Source: Deinococcus radiodurans R1 = ATCC 13939 = DSM 20539 (GTDB lineage: Bacteria; Deinococcota; Deinococci; Deinococcales; Deinococcaceae). Taken from it: DNA of 32,000 nt. This document shows positions 9,316-19,056 of the stretch, piece by piece. Within the stretch, counting starts at the first letter, position 1. Each line of letters opens with the position of its first letter. The translations under genes and the position numbers were made by a program. The stretch covers positions 2,509,802 to 2,541,801 of the forward strand of contig NC_001263.1 in assembly GCF_000008565.1 (NCBI RefSeq), given 5' to 3'. The notes beneath the pieces are model-generated. The model was not told the DNA's origin and did no database searches. It saw only the letters and a list, made by a program, of their open reading frames with translations.

Positions 9316-10341
9316 ATGAAAAGCCCCCTGACCCTGCCCGCCCTGCTCGCGGCCTCCCTTCTGCTCGGCGCCTGCGGTTCGGCGCCCGGTTCGTCCACCA
9401 GCGCCGACCGCACCCCGCCCCGCGTGACCCTGGACGCCCTCCCAGGCACCGTGCGCCCCGGCAAGGTGCAGGTACAGGCGACGGCGAGCGACGACGTGGC
9501 CGTTCGGGAAGTGCGCTTCTATCTCAACGACAAATTGGTGGACACCGACCGCACCGAGCCGTACCAGACCACCTACGACCTGTCCCAAAGCGGCAGCTTC
9601 GTCCTCAAGGCCGTGGCGGTGGACACCAGCGGCAACGAGAGCGCCCCGGCAACCCAGACGGTGAAGGTGATCAACGACACCACCGCGCCGCAGTTGACGG
9701 TGGAGGCGCCCGGCACCATTACCCAGCCGGGCGTCTACAAGATCACGGTGCGGGCGAGCGACGACGTGCAGCTCGCTTACGTGGACGCGGCGCTGACCCT
9801 GAATCTGCCGAGCGGGGCGCAATCCCAGCGCCAGCGCTTCGATGCCCCAAAGGACGTGGCGCAGGCCGAGTGGTCGTTCGACCTGCCGATCAGTGATAGC
9901 TCCTTCAACGGCACCCACAGCCTGACGCTGGTGGCCTACGACGCGGCGGGCAACGCCAGCGCTCCGCTGACCCGCACGGTGGTGGTCAATGTCCCGGCGG
10001 GCCAGCCCCAGCCGCCAGTCACGACGCCGACGACGGGCGACACCGTGGCTCCCACCGTGCGCCTGACGCTGCCCACCACGACCATCACGCAGGCGGGCAA
10101 CTACACGGTGCGGGTCGAAGCGAGCGACAACGTCGCCGTGACCTCGCTGCAAGCCGAGCTGGCCCTGACAGGCGGCACGGTGGTGCCCTTGACCCTCTCG
10201 CCCACTCAGACCGAGTTCGTGGTGCCGGTGGACGCGAGCTACCGAGCGTTCAACGGCCCGGCCACCCTGACCGTGTTCGCCCGTGACGCGGCGGGCAACG
10301 AGGGGTCCGACCGTCAGGCCTTGACGTTGCGCCTGCCCTGA
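9316..10341 (+). CDS. lipoprotein with three tandem Ig-like (bacterial Ig / cadherin-like) domains
   Basis: ATG 9316 gives MKSPLTLPALLAASLLLGACGS (lipobox LLGAC). There are three ~100-aa repeats, each with a (A/E)SD(D/N)V..., ...A.D.(S/A)GN(E/A)S pattern: ATASDDVAVREV...AVDTSGNES, VRASDDVQLAYV...AYDAAGNAS, VEASDNVAVTSL...ARDAAGNEG. Confidence 0.75.
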   Translation: MKSPLTLPALLAASLLLGACGSAPGSSTSADRTPPRVTLDALPGTVRPGKVQVQATASDDVAVREVRFYLNDKLVDTDRTEPYQTTYDLSQSGSFVLKAVAVDTSGNESAPATQTVKVINDTTAPQLTVEAPGTITQPGVYKITVRASDDVQLAYVDAALTLNLPSGAQSQRQRFDAPKDVAQAEWSFDLPISDSSFNGTHSLTLVAYDAAGNASAPLTRTVVVNVPAGQPQPPVTTPTTGDTVAPTVRLTLPTTTITQAGNYTVRVEASDNVAVTSLQAELALTGGTVVPLTLSPTQTEFVVPVDASYRAFNGPATLTVFARDAAGNEGSDRQALTLRLP

Positions 10342-10358
10342 GCTTTGCATTCCTGCAT

Positions 10359-10394
10359 AGACCCCGCCTGCCCCCTGGCAGGGTCTTGAATTTT
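10359..10394 (+). terminator. probable intrinsic terminator after the Ig-like lipoprotein gene
   Basis: agaccc...cctgcc-ccct-ggcagg...gggtct hairpin (6+4 bp with a bulge) followed by tgaatttt. Confidence 0.4.
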
Positions 10395-10451
10395 GACGAA
10401 CAGGACGGAAAGCAGAACACCCGCCGCCCCACGATATTCAGAGAACTGCTC

Positions 10452-10457
10452 TAGACT
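10452..10457 (+). promoter_or_regulatory. -10-like box TAGACT 9 nt upstream of the rqkA ATG
   Basis: ctcTAGACTcagcgggttATG. There is no SD-like purine run, which fits a very short leader. Confidence 0.3.
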
Positions 10458-10466
10458 CAGCGGGTT

Positions 10467-12473
10467 ATGCCGCTGACCCCTGGAACCCTGCTGGCCGGGC
10501 GCTACGAGTTGCTCGCCCTGCTCGGCGAGGGCGGCAGCGCGCAGGTCTACCGCGCCCAGGACGGGCTGCTGGGGCGCGAGGTGGCGCTCAAGGTGATGCA
10601 CGATTACCTGCCCGAGTCCGACCGCAGCCGCTTTCTGCGCGAGGTCCGCACCCTGGCGCGGCTCACCCACCCCGGCGTGGTTCCGGTGCTCGACCTGGGG
10701 CAGGAGCCGGAGGCCGGGCGGCCCTTTTTCACCATGCCGCTGCTGACCGGTGGGCCGATTACCCGGCTGGGGCCGCTGGAAGACGCGCCGGGGCCACTCG
10801 CCCGCTTTCTGACCGCTGCCGCCTTCGCGTCGCGGGCGCTGCATCACGTTCACAGTCACGGCATCGTGCACCGCGACCTGACGCCGGGCAACGTGCTGCT
10901 CGACGACACCGGGCTGCCGCGCATCATGGATTTCGGGCTGGTGGCGCTGTCCGAACAGACCCGGCACCTCACCCGCAGTGGAGTGACGCTGGGCACGCCC
11001 GCTTATATGGCACCCGAGCAGGCCAAAGGCGGCGGGGTGGACGCCCGCAGCGACCTCTACGCGCTGGGGGCGGTGCTCTACCGGGTGGCGTGCGGCAGTC
11101 CGCCTTTCGTGGGCGACAGCGACCAGAGCGTGCTTTATCAGCACGTATACGAGCCGGTGCCCGACCCGCGCGACCTGAACCCGGCGGTGCCCGACGCGGT
11201 GGCGCGGGTGCTGCTGTGGCTGCTCGCCAAGCGGGCCGACCGGCGGCCCCAGAGCGGGGCGGCGCTCGCGCACCTGTGGGCACTGGCCCGGCGCGACCTG
11301 TGGACCACCCACGCGCGCGGCCAGTACCGGGGGGGCCGCGCCCGCACCGGCGAGCACCCCGACGGCCCCGCCCGCGTCTCCGACATGCAGGAACTGTGGA
11401 GCGTGGCGCTGCCCGGCGAGGTGACGTGGCCCGCCGCCGTGGTGGGCGAGGGCGACCTGGTGGCGGTGGGGACGCGGGGCGGGCAACTGGTGCTCACCCA
11501 CACCTCCGGGCGGCCCTTCGCCACCTACGCGGCGCGCGACGAGGTGACGGCCCCCGCCACCCTGATCGGCGGGCACGTGCTCTACGGCGCCTGGGACGGC
11601 ACGCTGCGCCGGGTGGAGCTTCAGAGTGGCAGCGAGGTCTGGCGGCATCAGGCCCGCGCCGAGTTCACCGGGGCGCCCACGGTGTGGGGCGGGCGCCTGC
11701 TCGCGCCGAGCCGCGACGGGCACCTGCACGCCCTGAGCCTGCGGACCGGCGAACTCGCCTGGGCCTACCGCGCCGGGGGCTCGCTGGCCGCGAGTCCGCT
11801 CGTCTGGGCGGGCGCCGCGCTGCAATGCGACGAAACCGGCTGGCTGCACGCCCTCGACGCCCGCTCCGGCACGCCGCTGTGGAAGGTGGAAGTGGGCACC
11901 GTCCACGCCACGCCCGCGCTGCTGCCCGGTCCGCCCGGCACGGCCACGCTGGTCATCGCCACCTGGGAAGGCGAAGTGCACGCGATTGGCCTCGAAGTCC
12001 AGAATGGCCGCGCGGCGCTGGCCGGTGAGGACGCCATCCGCTGGACCTACGACGTGGAAGACGAGGTGTGGGCCTCCCCCGCGCTCACGGCGCTCGACCT
12101 GCCGCCCGACTCCGGCGCGGCGCCCGACGCTTCGGCGGCCCCCGGCGGCGTGGTCGTCGTCGCCGGGTGGGGCGGCAAGGTACGCGGCCTGCGGCTCGCC
12201 GACGGCGAAGACCTCTGGGAGCGCACGCTGGATGGCCGGGTGACCGCCAGCCCGGTCATCAGCGCGGGACTGGTTTTTCTGGCGACCGAGGGCGGCGAAC
12301 TGCTCGCGCTCGATGTCCGCAATGGAGAGGTGCGCTGGACCTGCCGCGAACGCAGCGGCGTGCAGGCGACCCCACTGGCGGCGAGCGGCACCCTCTACGT
12401 CGCCTTCATGGACGGTACCCTGCGCGCCTACCGCAACGCCCACCCCGAGTGGCGCAGCGAGCAGGAAGGGTAG
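10467..12473 (+). CDS. rqkA: eukaryotic-type Ser/Thr protein kinase fused to a PQQ-repeat beta-propeller (RqkA, DR2518-type)
   Basis: 668 aa. Hanks kinase motifs: GEGGSAQVY...[32 protein letters not shown]. The C-terminal ~370 aa consist of repeated ...G.l.A.d...G...W.. PQQ/BamB-type blades. This matches my memory of the radiation/PQQ-inducible kinase of D. radiodurans. Confidence 0.9.
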   Translation: MPLTPGTLLAGRYELLALLGEGGSAQVYRAQDGLLGREVALKVMHDYLPESDRSRFLREVRTLARLTHPGVVPVLDLGQEPEAGRPFFTMPLLTGGPITRLGPLEDAPGPLARFLTAAAFASRALHHVHSHGIVHRDLTPGNVLLDDTGLPRIMDFGLVALSEQTRHLTRSGVTLGTPAYMAPEQAKGGGVDARSDLYALGAVLYRVACGSPPFVGDSDQSVLYQHVYEPVPDPRDLNPAVPDAVARVLLWLLAKRADRRPQSGAALAHLWALARRDLWTTHARGQYRGGRARTGEHPDGPARVSDMQELWSVALPGEVTWPAAVVGEGDLVAVGTRGGQLVLTHTSGRPFATYAARDEVTAPATLIGGHVLYGAWDGTLRRVELQSGSEVWRHQARAEFTGAPTVWGGRLLAPSRDGHLHALSLRTGELAWAYRAGGSLAASPLVWAGAALQCDETGWLHALDARSGTPLWKVEVGTVHATPALLPGPPGTATLVIATWEGEVHAIGLEVQNGRAALAGEDAIRWTYDVEDEVWASPALTALDLPPDSGAAPDASAAPGGVVVVAGWGGKVRGLRLADGEDLWERTLDGRVTASPVISAGLVFLATEGGELLALDVRNGEVRWTCRERSGVQATPLAASGTLYVAFMDGTLRAYRNAHPEWRSEQEG

Positions 12474-12505
12474 AAAAGCGCTGGCCCATTGAGAGCTAAA
12501 TCTTT

Positions 12506-12889
12506 CTACGACTGCTGCGCCTCTGCCACCTCAGCCTCCCAGCGCCGCAACAGCTTTTCGGCCTCTTCCAGCGTGCGGCGGCGTTCGGCCAGCACCTCGG
12601 TGAGGCGGTCAAGGGCTTGCTCGGCTTTTTTCAGCCGGAGGGGAGCCGGGTCGCCGGGCTGCCGGATGTCCAGCAAGGCCCGAATCTCACGGATGCCGAA
12701 GCCCACGCCGCGCAGCGCGGTGATGACACTCAGGGTGTCGAGCACGCGCGGGTCATAGCAGCGGGCCGCTGTCTCCAGGCGGGGCAGCGCGGCAATCAGT
12801 CCTGCGTCCTCGTAGTAGCGCAGCGCCGAGGCCGGGCAGCCGGAACGTTCGGCCACCTCGCGAATGCTCAGGGACGGAAGTGGAGCCAC
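12506..12889 (-). CDS. MerR-family transcriptional regulator (short, no C-terminal Cys ligands)
   Basis: LSIREVAERSGCPASALRYYEDAGLI helix-turn-helix, then a coiled-coil tail. I prefer the GTG start at 12889 (127 aa). The track ORF to 13039 overlaps the upstream small gene and its extra residues are Cys/Trp/Arg-rich noise. Confidence 0.8.
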   Translation of the reverse strand: MAPLPSLSIREVAERSGCPASALRYYEDAGLIAALPRLETAARCYDPRVLDTLSVITALRGVGFGIREIRALLDIRQPGDPAPLRLKKAEQALDRLTEVLAERRRTLEEAEKLLRRWEAEVAEAQQS

Positions 12890-12953
12890 AGGCCAAAAAG
12901 GAGCGCAACGATGACAAAACGCACGGCGATGTGCAGCGGGTTGACATTCCCGC

Positions 12954-13172
12954 TCACAGCACGCCCATCCAAACTGGGGCCACCATCCCGAGCAGGCACC
13001 CCACGAGCACCGCTGCCGGAAGACCCCGCCACACTCCACCCAGAATCAGCAGGGCCGCTGCCATAAAAACCGCAGAGGCCCCCGTCGTGCCCCAGGCCTG
13101 GGTCGGAGCCACGAAGGCCAGAAAGATGTTCAGGAGGCCAAACAGCCCCAGCGGAAGCGCAGACCAATTCAT
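12954..13172 (-). CDS. small (72-aa) two-TM membrane protein, first gene of the MerR operon
   Basis: MNWSALPLGLFGLLNIFLAFVAP...AVFMAAALLILGGVWRGLPAAVLVGCLLGMVAPVWMGVL has two or three hydrophobic helices. ATG 13172 is preferred over GTG 13181 because the -10 box overlaps 13181. Confidence 0.5.
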   Translation of the reverse strand: MNWSALPLGLFGLLNIFLAFVAPTQAWGTTGASAVFMAAALLILGGVWRGLPAAVLVGCLLGMVAPVWMGVL

Positions 13173-13179
13173 GGTGCTC

Positions 13180-13210
13180 ACGCTAGAAGTTCAAGCGCAC
13201 TTGAAGTCAA
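13180..13210 (-). promoter_or_regulatory. MerR-type promoter/operator: TTGACT-19 nt-TAGCGT with a perfect dyad in the spacer
   Basis: Minus strand: TTGACT (13210-13205), 19-nt spacer, TAGCGT (13185-13180). The dyad TTCAAG-tgcg-CTTGAA occupies 13205-13190. The -10 box ends 7 nt before ATG 13172. Confidence 0.5.
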
Positions 13211-13218
13211 GCGCCCGT

Positions 13219-14793
<1,575 letters not shown>

Positions 14794-14893
14794 GATTCAC
14801 CCCTTTCGAGGCAACACTGGCGGCCCCGAGGAAACAGGGAAGTTTAGCAGAAAGCGGGCGGACGTGCTGTCTCTTTCCCCGCTTAACCCCGGC

Positions 14894-15820
14894 TCAGGCG
14901 CTTCCCCGTATTCCCTGCCGCCGCTGCCGCAGCCGGGCGAGGCGGCCCAGGTTGTGCTGCATCTGTTCATTGCCGGGGTCTTTCACCGGGCGGCGTTCCC
15001 ACAGCCAGTCGAGAATGAGCGCCAGCACTTCCTCGCGGTCACAGTCGTTGAGGAGTTCGTGATACCCACCCTTGAAGACCTTGAGCGCCTTGTCGGGGGT
15101 GTGAAGCTGCGCCACGAAGTCGGGCAGGCCGTCCATGTAGGACACCTGATCGCCGGTGCCGTAGAAGACCAGCGTGGGCAGCGCCCAGTTCGAGTAGGTC
15201 GGCCAGAGCTGCTGCGAGAGCTGCATCATGGTGCTCGCGGTGAGCAAAGTGACCTGCCCCTGATAGATGCGCTCGTCGGCCTGGTACGCCGCCACCTCTT
15301 CCGGCAGCCGCGAGAGCCCCGCCTTGTTGATCGGCACGATGGCGAGCCCCGGCGCCAGCTTGGAGGCCAGCGGCAGCAGGTGCCGCACCAGGGCTATCTG
15401 ATCTTGCCCGGCCTGGAGCATCGGGCTTGACAGGATGACGCCGCTGATGCCCTGTGGGTCGGCCATCACGCTGCCCGCCGTAAACAGGGCCCCGGCGCTG
15501 TGGGCAAAGAGGTAGAGCGGCAGGTCCGGGCAACGCTCCCGCAGGGCGGCGCGGGCGGCGAGGTGGTCGTCCACCTGCACGAAGGCGTCCACCATGCTCA
15601 CCTCGCCCGGCGACGCGCCGTGACCGCGCAGGTCGTAGCTGTAGACGCTGTAGCCCGCCGCGTTCAGCGCCGGAATCAGGCAGTGATAACGGTCCTGATA
15701 CCGCTGCGCGTATTCGGCGAGTGCGTGCGTGAGCAGCACGGCGCCCGCCGGGTCGGCGACTTCCCAGGCATAACCGGCGACGGGGAGATGGGGAATGGTC
15801 CAGCTGTTCGGTTGGGTCAT
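14894..15820 (-). CDS. alpha/beta hydrolase, lysophospholipase / monoacylglycerol-lipase-like
   Basis: 308 aa. HALAEYAQRY...YDLRGHGAS, nucleophile elbow FAHSAGA (GXSXG-type), and a C-terminal ...GGYHELLND his-loop. Confidence 0.8.
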   Translation of the reverse strand: MTQPNSWTIPHLPVAGYAWEVADPAGAVLLTHALAEYAQRYQDRYHCLIPALNAAGYSVYSYDLRGHGASPGEVSMVDAFVQVDDHLAARAALRERCPDLPLYLFAHSAGALFTAGSVMADPQGISGVILSSPMLQAGQDQIALVRHLLPLASKLAPGLAIVPINKAGLSRLPEEVAAYQADERIYQGQVTLLTASTMMQLSQQLWPTYSNWALPTLVFYGTGDQVSYMDGLPDFVAQLHTPDKALKVFKGGYHELLNDCDREEVLALILDWLWERRPVKDPGNEQMQHNLGRLARLRQRRQGIRGSA

Positions 15821-15849
15821 GGGGTGCCGCTCAGAGTAGCCGACCGACT

Positions 15850-16058
15850 TTGACAGAAAATAAACAGTGGGCTATCCCCCCTTAGTCCCCCCACCCCCGA
15901 CCTTAGACGGATTTCGCTCCATTCCAGCACAGTCGGAAAAGCGCCGCCTGTGCTTCCATATCGCGAAACCCGTCTTTTTTCCTACTCTGCTAAGCAGCTC
16001 TGCGAGTCACATCCGTTCGGATTGAATCCAAAGCAACTGGATTCCATCGGAATTTGTA
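15850..16058. repeat. ~210-bp non-coding, repeat-like structured spacer (probable small noncoding repeat, different subfamily from the three MITE copies)
   Basis: The left end ctttgacagaaaataaaca shares the 12-mer tttgacagaaaa with the copy at 31872. It contains C-tracts (cccccc...ccccccaccccc), the hairpins gcacag-N15-ctgtgc and gaatcc-N9-ggattc, and ggatt/aatcc motifs repeated four times. No ORF. Confidence 0.35.
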
Positions 16059-16942
16059 TCACTTCAGTGCCCGCACCACCGTCGCCACGTTGTATTTGAG
16101 GGCTTTGAGGTAAGTTTCGCCGGCGCTGCCTGCGGCCCCAGCGCGTCGGTGTAGAGCGGCGGGGCAATCCGGGCGCCGGTTTCGCTCGCCAGCGTCTGTG
16201 CCAGGCGGGTGCTGACGGTGTTTTCGGTCAGGATGACTTTCGCGCCGCTTTTCTTGACGGCGCTCGCCAGAGTCGCAAGTTCGCGGGCACTCGGCTCGCG
16301 CTCGGTGCTCAGGCCAGGAATGACGGCGCCGATGACGGTCAGGCCATAGCGCCGGGCGAAGTACCCCAGCGAGTCGTGGTGCGTGACTACCTTGCGCTGG
16401 CTTGCGGGCAGCGTGGCGAACTGTTTTTTGGCCCAGGCATCGGCAGCGCGAATCTGGGCCGAGTAAGCGGCGGCGTTTTTGGCATAGGTGGCCTGGCCCG
16501 CGGGGTCGGCAGCGCTCAGGGCGGTCTGCACGTTTTTCACGTACCCCAGCGCCAGTGAAGCGTCCCACCACGCGTGGGGGTCGGGTGCGCCGCCCTCTCC
16601 TCCAGCGTGCAGCTTGAGGCCCGCCGTCAGCTCCTTCACCGGCACGCGCGGCGCGGCGGCCCGCAGCCGGGGCAGCCAGGGCTCCAGGCCCGCGCCGTTG
16701 GCAAACAGAACCTTGCTGCCCACCAGCGAGCGAATCACGCCGGTCGAGGGCTGAAAGGTATGGGCGTCGGCCCCGGCAGGCACGATCACGTTCACGTTGA
16801 CCCGTGACCCGCCCACCTGCCGCACGAAGTCGGCCAGCAGACTGGTCGTCGCGCTGACCGGCAGCGGCGCCGCGGCGGCCTGTCCACTCCCCACACACGC
16901 AGCGGCGAGTAGGGCACACGCCATGAGCTTCCGGTTCTTCAT
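16059..16942 (-). CDS. cluster-9 (TroA/PsaA/MntC-like) metal ABC transporter substrate-binding lipoprotein, Mn-type; frame disruption 25 codons before the end
   Basis: [20 protein letters not shown] signal, metal-ligand blocks [29 protein letters not shown], and no His-rich Zn loop. The track ORF 16064..16942 ends in a non-homologous tail. The conserved C-terminus [26 protein letters not shown] is in the neighbouring frame (ORF 16059..16919), reached via the cccc run at 16136-16139. Confidence 0.8.
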
Positions 16943-16967
16943 GATATCACCTTATCAATTGGCGAGT

Positions 16968-16998
16968 AAAAAAAGGGAGAGCCGCTGGACTCTCCCCC
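16968..16998 (-). terminator. intrinsic terminator of rpmB
   Basis: Minus strand: GGGGGAGAG-tccagcggc-CTCTCCC followed by TTTTTTT. Confidence 0.7.
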
Positions 16999-17015
16999 AA
17001 AGAGCCTGACGGCCT

Positions 17016-17261
<246 letters not shown>

Positions 17262-17518
17262 GTTGGTACTCTCCTTGTTTGAGTTCAGACTGGAACGGGG
17301 TCAGGGACGGCGGCGTTCCCGGTTCTTTCTCCGGGGTCCGGTCCGCGTGCTGCTCCACTGTCCAGCCGGTTCCAGTGCCTGTTGCCCATCCGCGCTGCGG
17401 GCAGGCGACACCAAACCCTATCTTAACCTACTGGCGAGCCCGAAAGATAGACCTGGGGCGCGGAGCCTTCGCCACTCCCTGCTGTGGCCCGCACCGGCAT
17501 CGGGTCGTCATGTGGCCG

Positions 17519-18850
17519 TCACGTCACCGGACGCGAGCTGTCGATTTCACGGCCCTCGCCGCGTTCCTCGCTCGCCACGTCGGGCTCGGTGGTCGGCAGG
17601 TCCTCGCCGTTCAGCGCCCGCGTCAGGCGGTTCATGTCCACGGCGTTCTCGCTGCGGGCCACCACCAGCGTCGCCACCGCGTTCCCGATGAAGTTGGTCA
17701 GGGCGCGCGCCTCGCTCATGAAGCGGTCGATGCCCAGAATCAGCGCCATGCCTGCCACCGGCACGTGCCCGACAGCGCCGAGCGTGGCGGCCAGGGTGAT
17801 AAAGCCGCTCCCCGTCACGCCCGCCGCGCCCTTGGAGGTCAGCAGCAGCACCGCCAGCAGGCTGAGCTGCTCGCCGAGGCCCAGCGGCGTGTTCGTCGCC
17901 TGCGCGATGAAGAGCGCGGCCATCGTGAGGTAAATGCTGGTGCCGTCAAGGTTGAACGAGTACCCGGTGGGCACCACCAGCCCCACCACGCTCTTCTCGG
18001 CCCCGGCATGCTCCAGTTTCATCATCAGGCGGGGCAGCGCCGACTCGCTCGAACTCGTGCCCAGCACGATCAGCAGTTCTTCGCGGATGTAGCGAATCAG
18101 CTTGAAGATGCTGAAGCCCGCCGCCCGCGCAATCAGCCCCAGCACCACGAAGATGAACAGCAAACAGGTGAGGTAGAAGCTGCCCATCAGGTAGCCGAGG
18201 CTGGTGAGCGATTTGAGACCGTATTTACCCACGGTAAACGCCATCGCCCCAAACGCCCCGATAGGTGCCAGGCGCATGATGAACCCCAGAATCACGAAGA
18301 CAACCTGATTCAGAGCGTCAATGCCGTAAAGAATCTGGTCGCCGAGCTTGCCGAGCCGCATCAGGGCGAAACCGAACAACAGCGCAACCAGCAGCACCGG
18401 CAGCAGTTCGCCGCCCGTAAAGGCGCTGACCAGGGTATCAGGGATGATCTTGAGGATATGGTCCCATACTGTCATTTCCCCGGCGGCCTCGGTGTACTTC
18501 GTCAGGCCCGCCGTGTCGAGGGTGGCGGGGTCCACGTTCATGCCCGCACCGGGCCGCAGCACGTTCATCACCACCATGCCGATAATCAGCGCCAGCGTTG
18601 AGACGACCTCGAAATAGATCAGCGCCTTGCCGCCCACCCGGCCCACCTTGCGGGTGTCGCGCATGTGCGCCACGCCGCTCACCACGGTAGCGAAGATAAT
18701 CGGCGCAATCACCATTTTGATCAGCTTGACGAAGATGTCGCCGAGCGGCTTGAGGGCCTCTCCAAACTTGGGAAACAATGCACCGACCAGAATGCCGAGC
18801 ACGATGGCGATGATGACCTGAACATACAGACTGCGGAATATCTTGGGCAT
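17519..18850 (-). CDS. dctA: C4-dicarboxylate:cation symporter (DAACS family, DctA)
   Basis: From ATG 18850 (GAGGAGAAG SD), the 443-aa product aligns block by block with my memory of E. coli DctA: FRSLYVQV..., [114 protein letters not shown]. Confidence 0.85.
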   Translation of the reverse strand: MPKIFRSLYVQVIIAIVLGILVGALFPKFGEALKPLGDIFVKLIKMVIAPIIFATVVSGVAHMRDTRKVGRVGGKALIYFEVVSTLALIIGMVVMNVLRPGAGMNVDPATLDTAGLTKYTEAAGEMTVWDHILKIIPDTLVSAFTGGELLPVLLVALLFGFALMRLGKLGDQILYGIDALNQVVFVILGFIMRLAPIGAFGAMAFTVGKYGLKSLTSLGYLMGSFYLTCLLFIFVVLGLIARAAGFSIFKLIRYIREELLIVLGTSSSESALPRLMMKLEHAGAEKSVVGLVVPTGYSFNLDGTSIYLTMAALFIAQATNTPLGLGEQLSLLAVLLLTSKGAAGVTGSGFITLAATLGAVGHVPVAGMALILGIDRFMSEARALTNFIGNAVATLVVARSENAVDMNRLTRALNGEDLPTTEPDVASEERGEGREIDSSRPVT

Positions 18851-19056
18851 GACTTCTCCTCGGCGGGTGGCAGGCGGACCTAGACCCACCCTCCCATTCA
18901 TATGAACCACCGGCTTGCACAGACACGGCAGCGATCTTTGGAATGTGAGGAATATAAAACTTTTGCTTTAAGGCCGCCGGCTGCTGTCTCCTCCACAGGA
19001 ACGCGGGAGGCGAACTCCATTTGCCACTTTGGCGCGGTGGTACGCTCAGGAGCGAT

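Noticed and set aside
10385-10457. Possible degenerate fourth copy of the MITE upstream of rqkA (ttttgacgaacag ... agaactgctctag)
   Set aside because: Only an 11-mer (aactgctctag) and a loose ttgac motif match the element termini. The conserved core with the two hairpins is absent, so the match is too short to distinguish from chance.
10314-12443. 709-aa minus-strand ORF
   Set aside because: Antisense shadow of rqkA. It has Arg/Gly/Pro/Ala-dominated composition typical of the wrong frame in high-GC DNA, while the + strand carries complete Hanks kinase motifs.
17279-18601. 440-aa + strand ORF (and 18438..19286 on the minus strand)
   Set aside because: Antisense or out of frame relative to dctA, which aligns block by block with E. 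coli DctA. They have no independent start signals or motifs.
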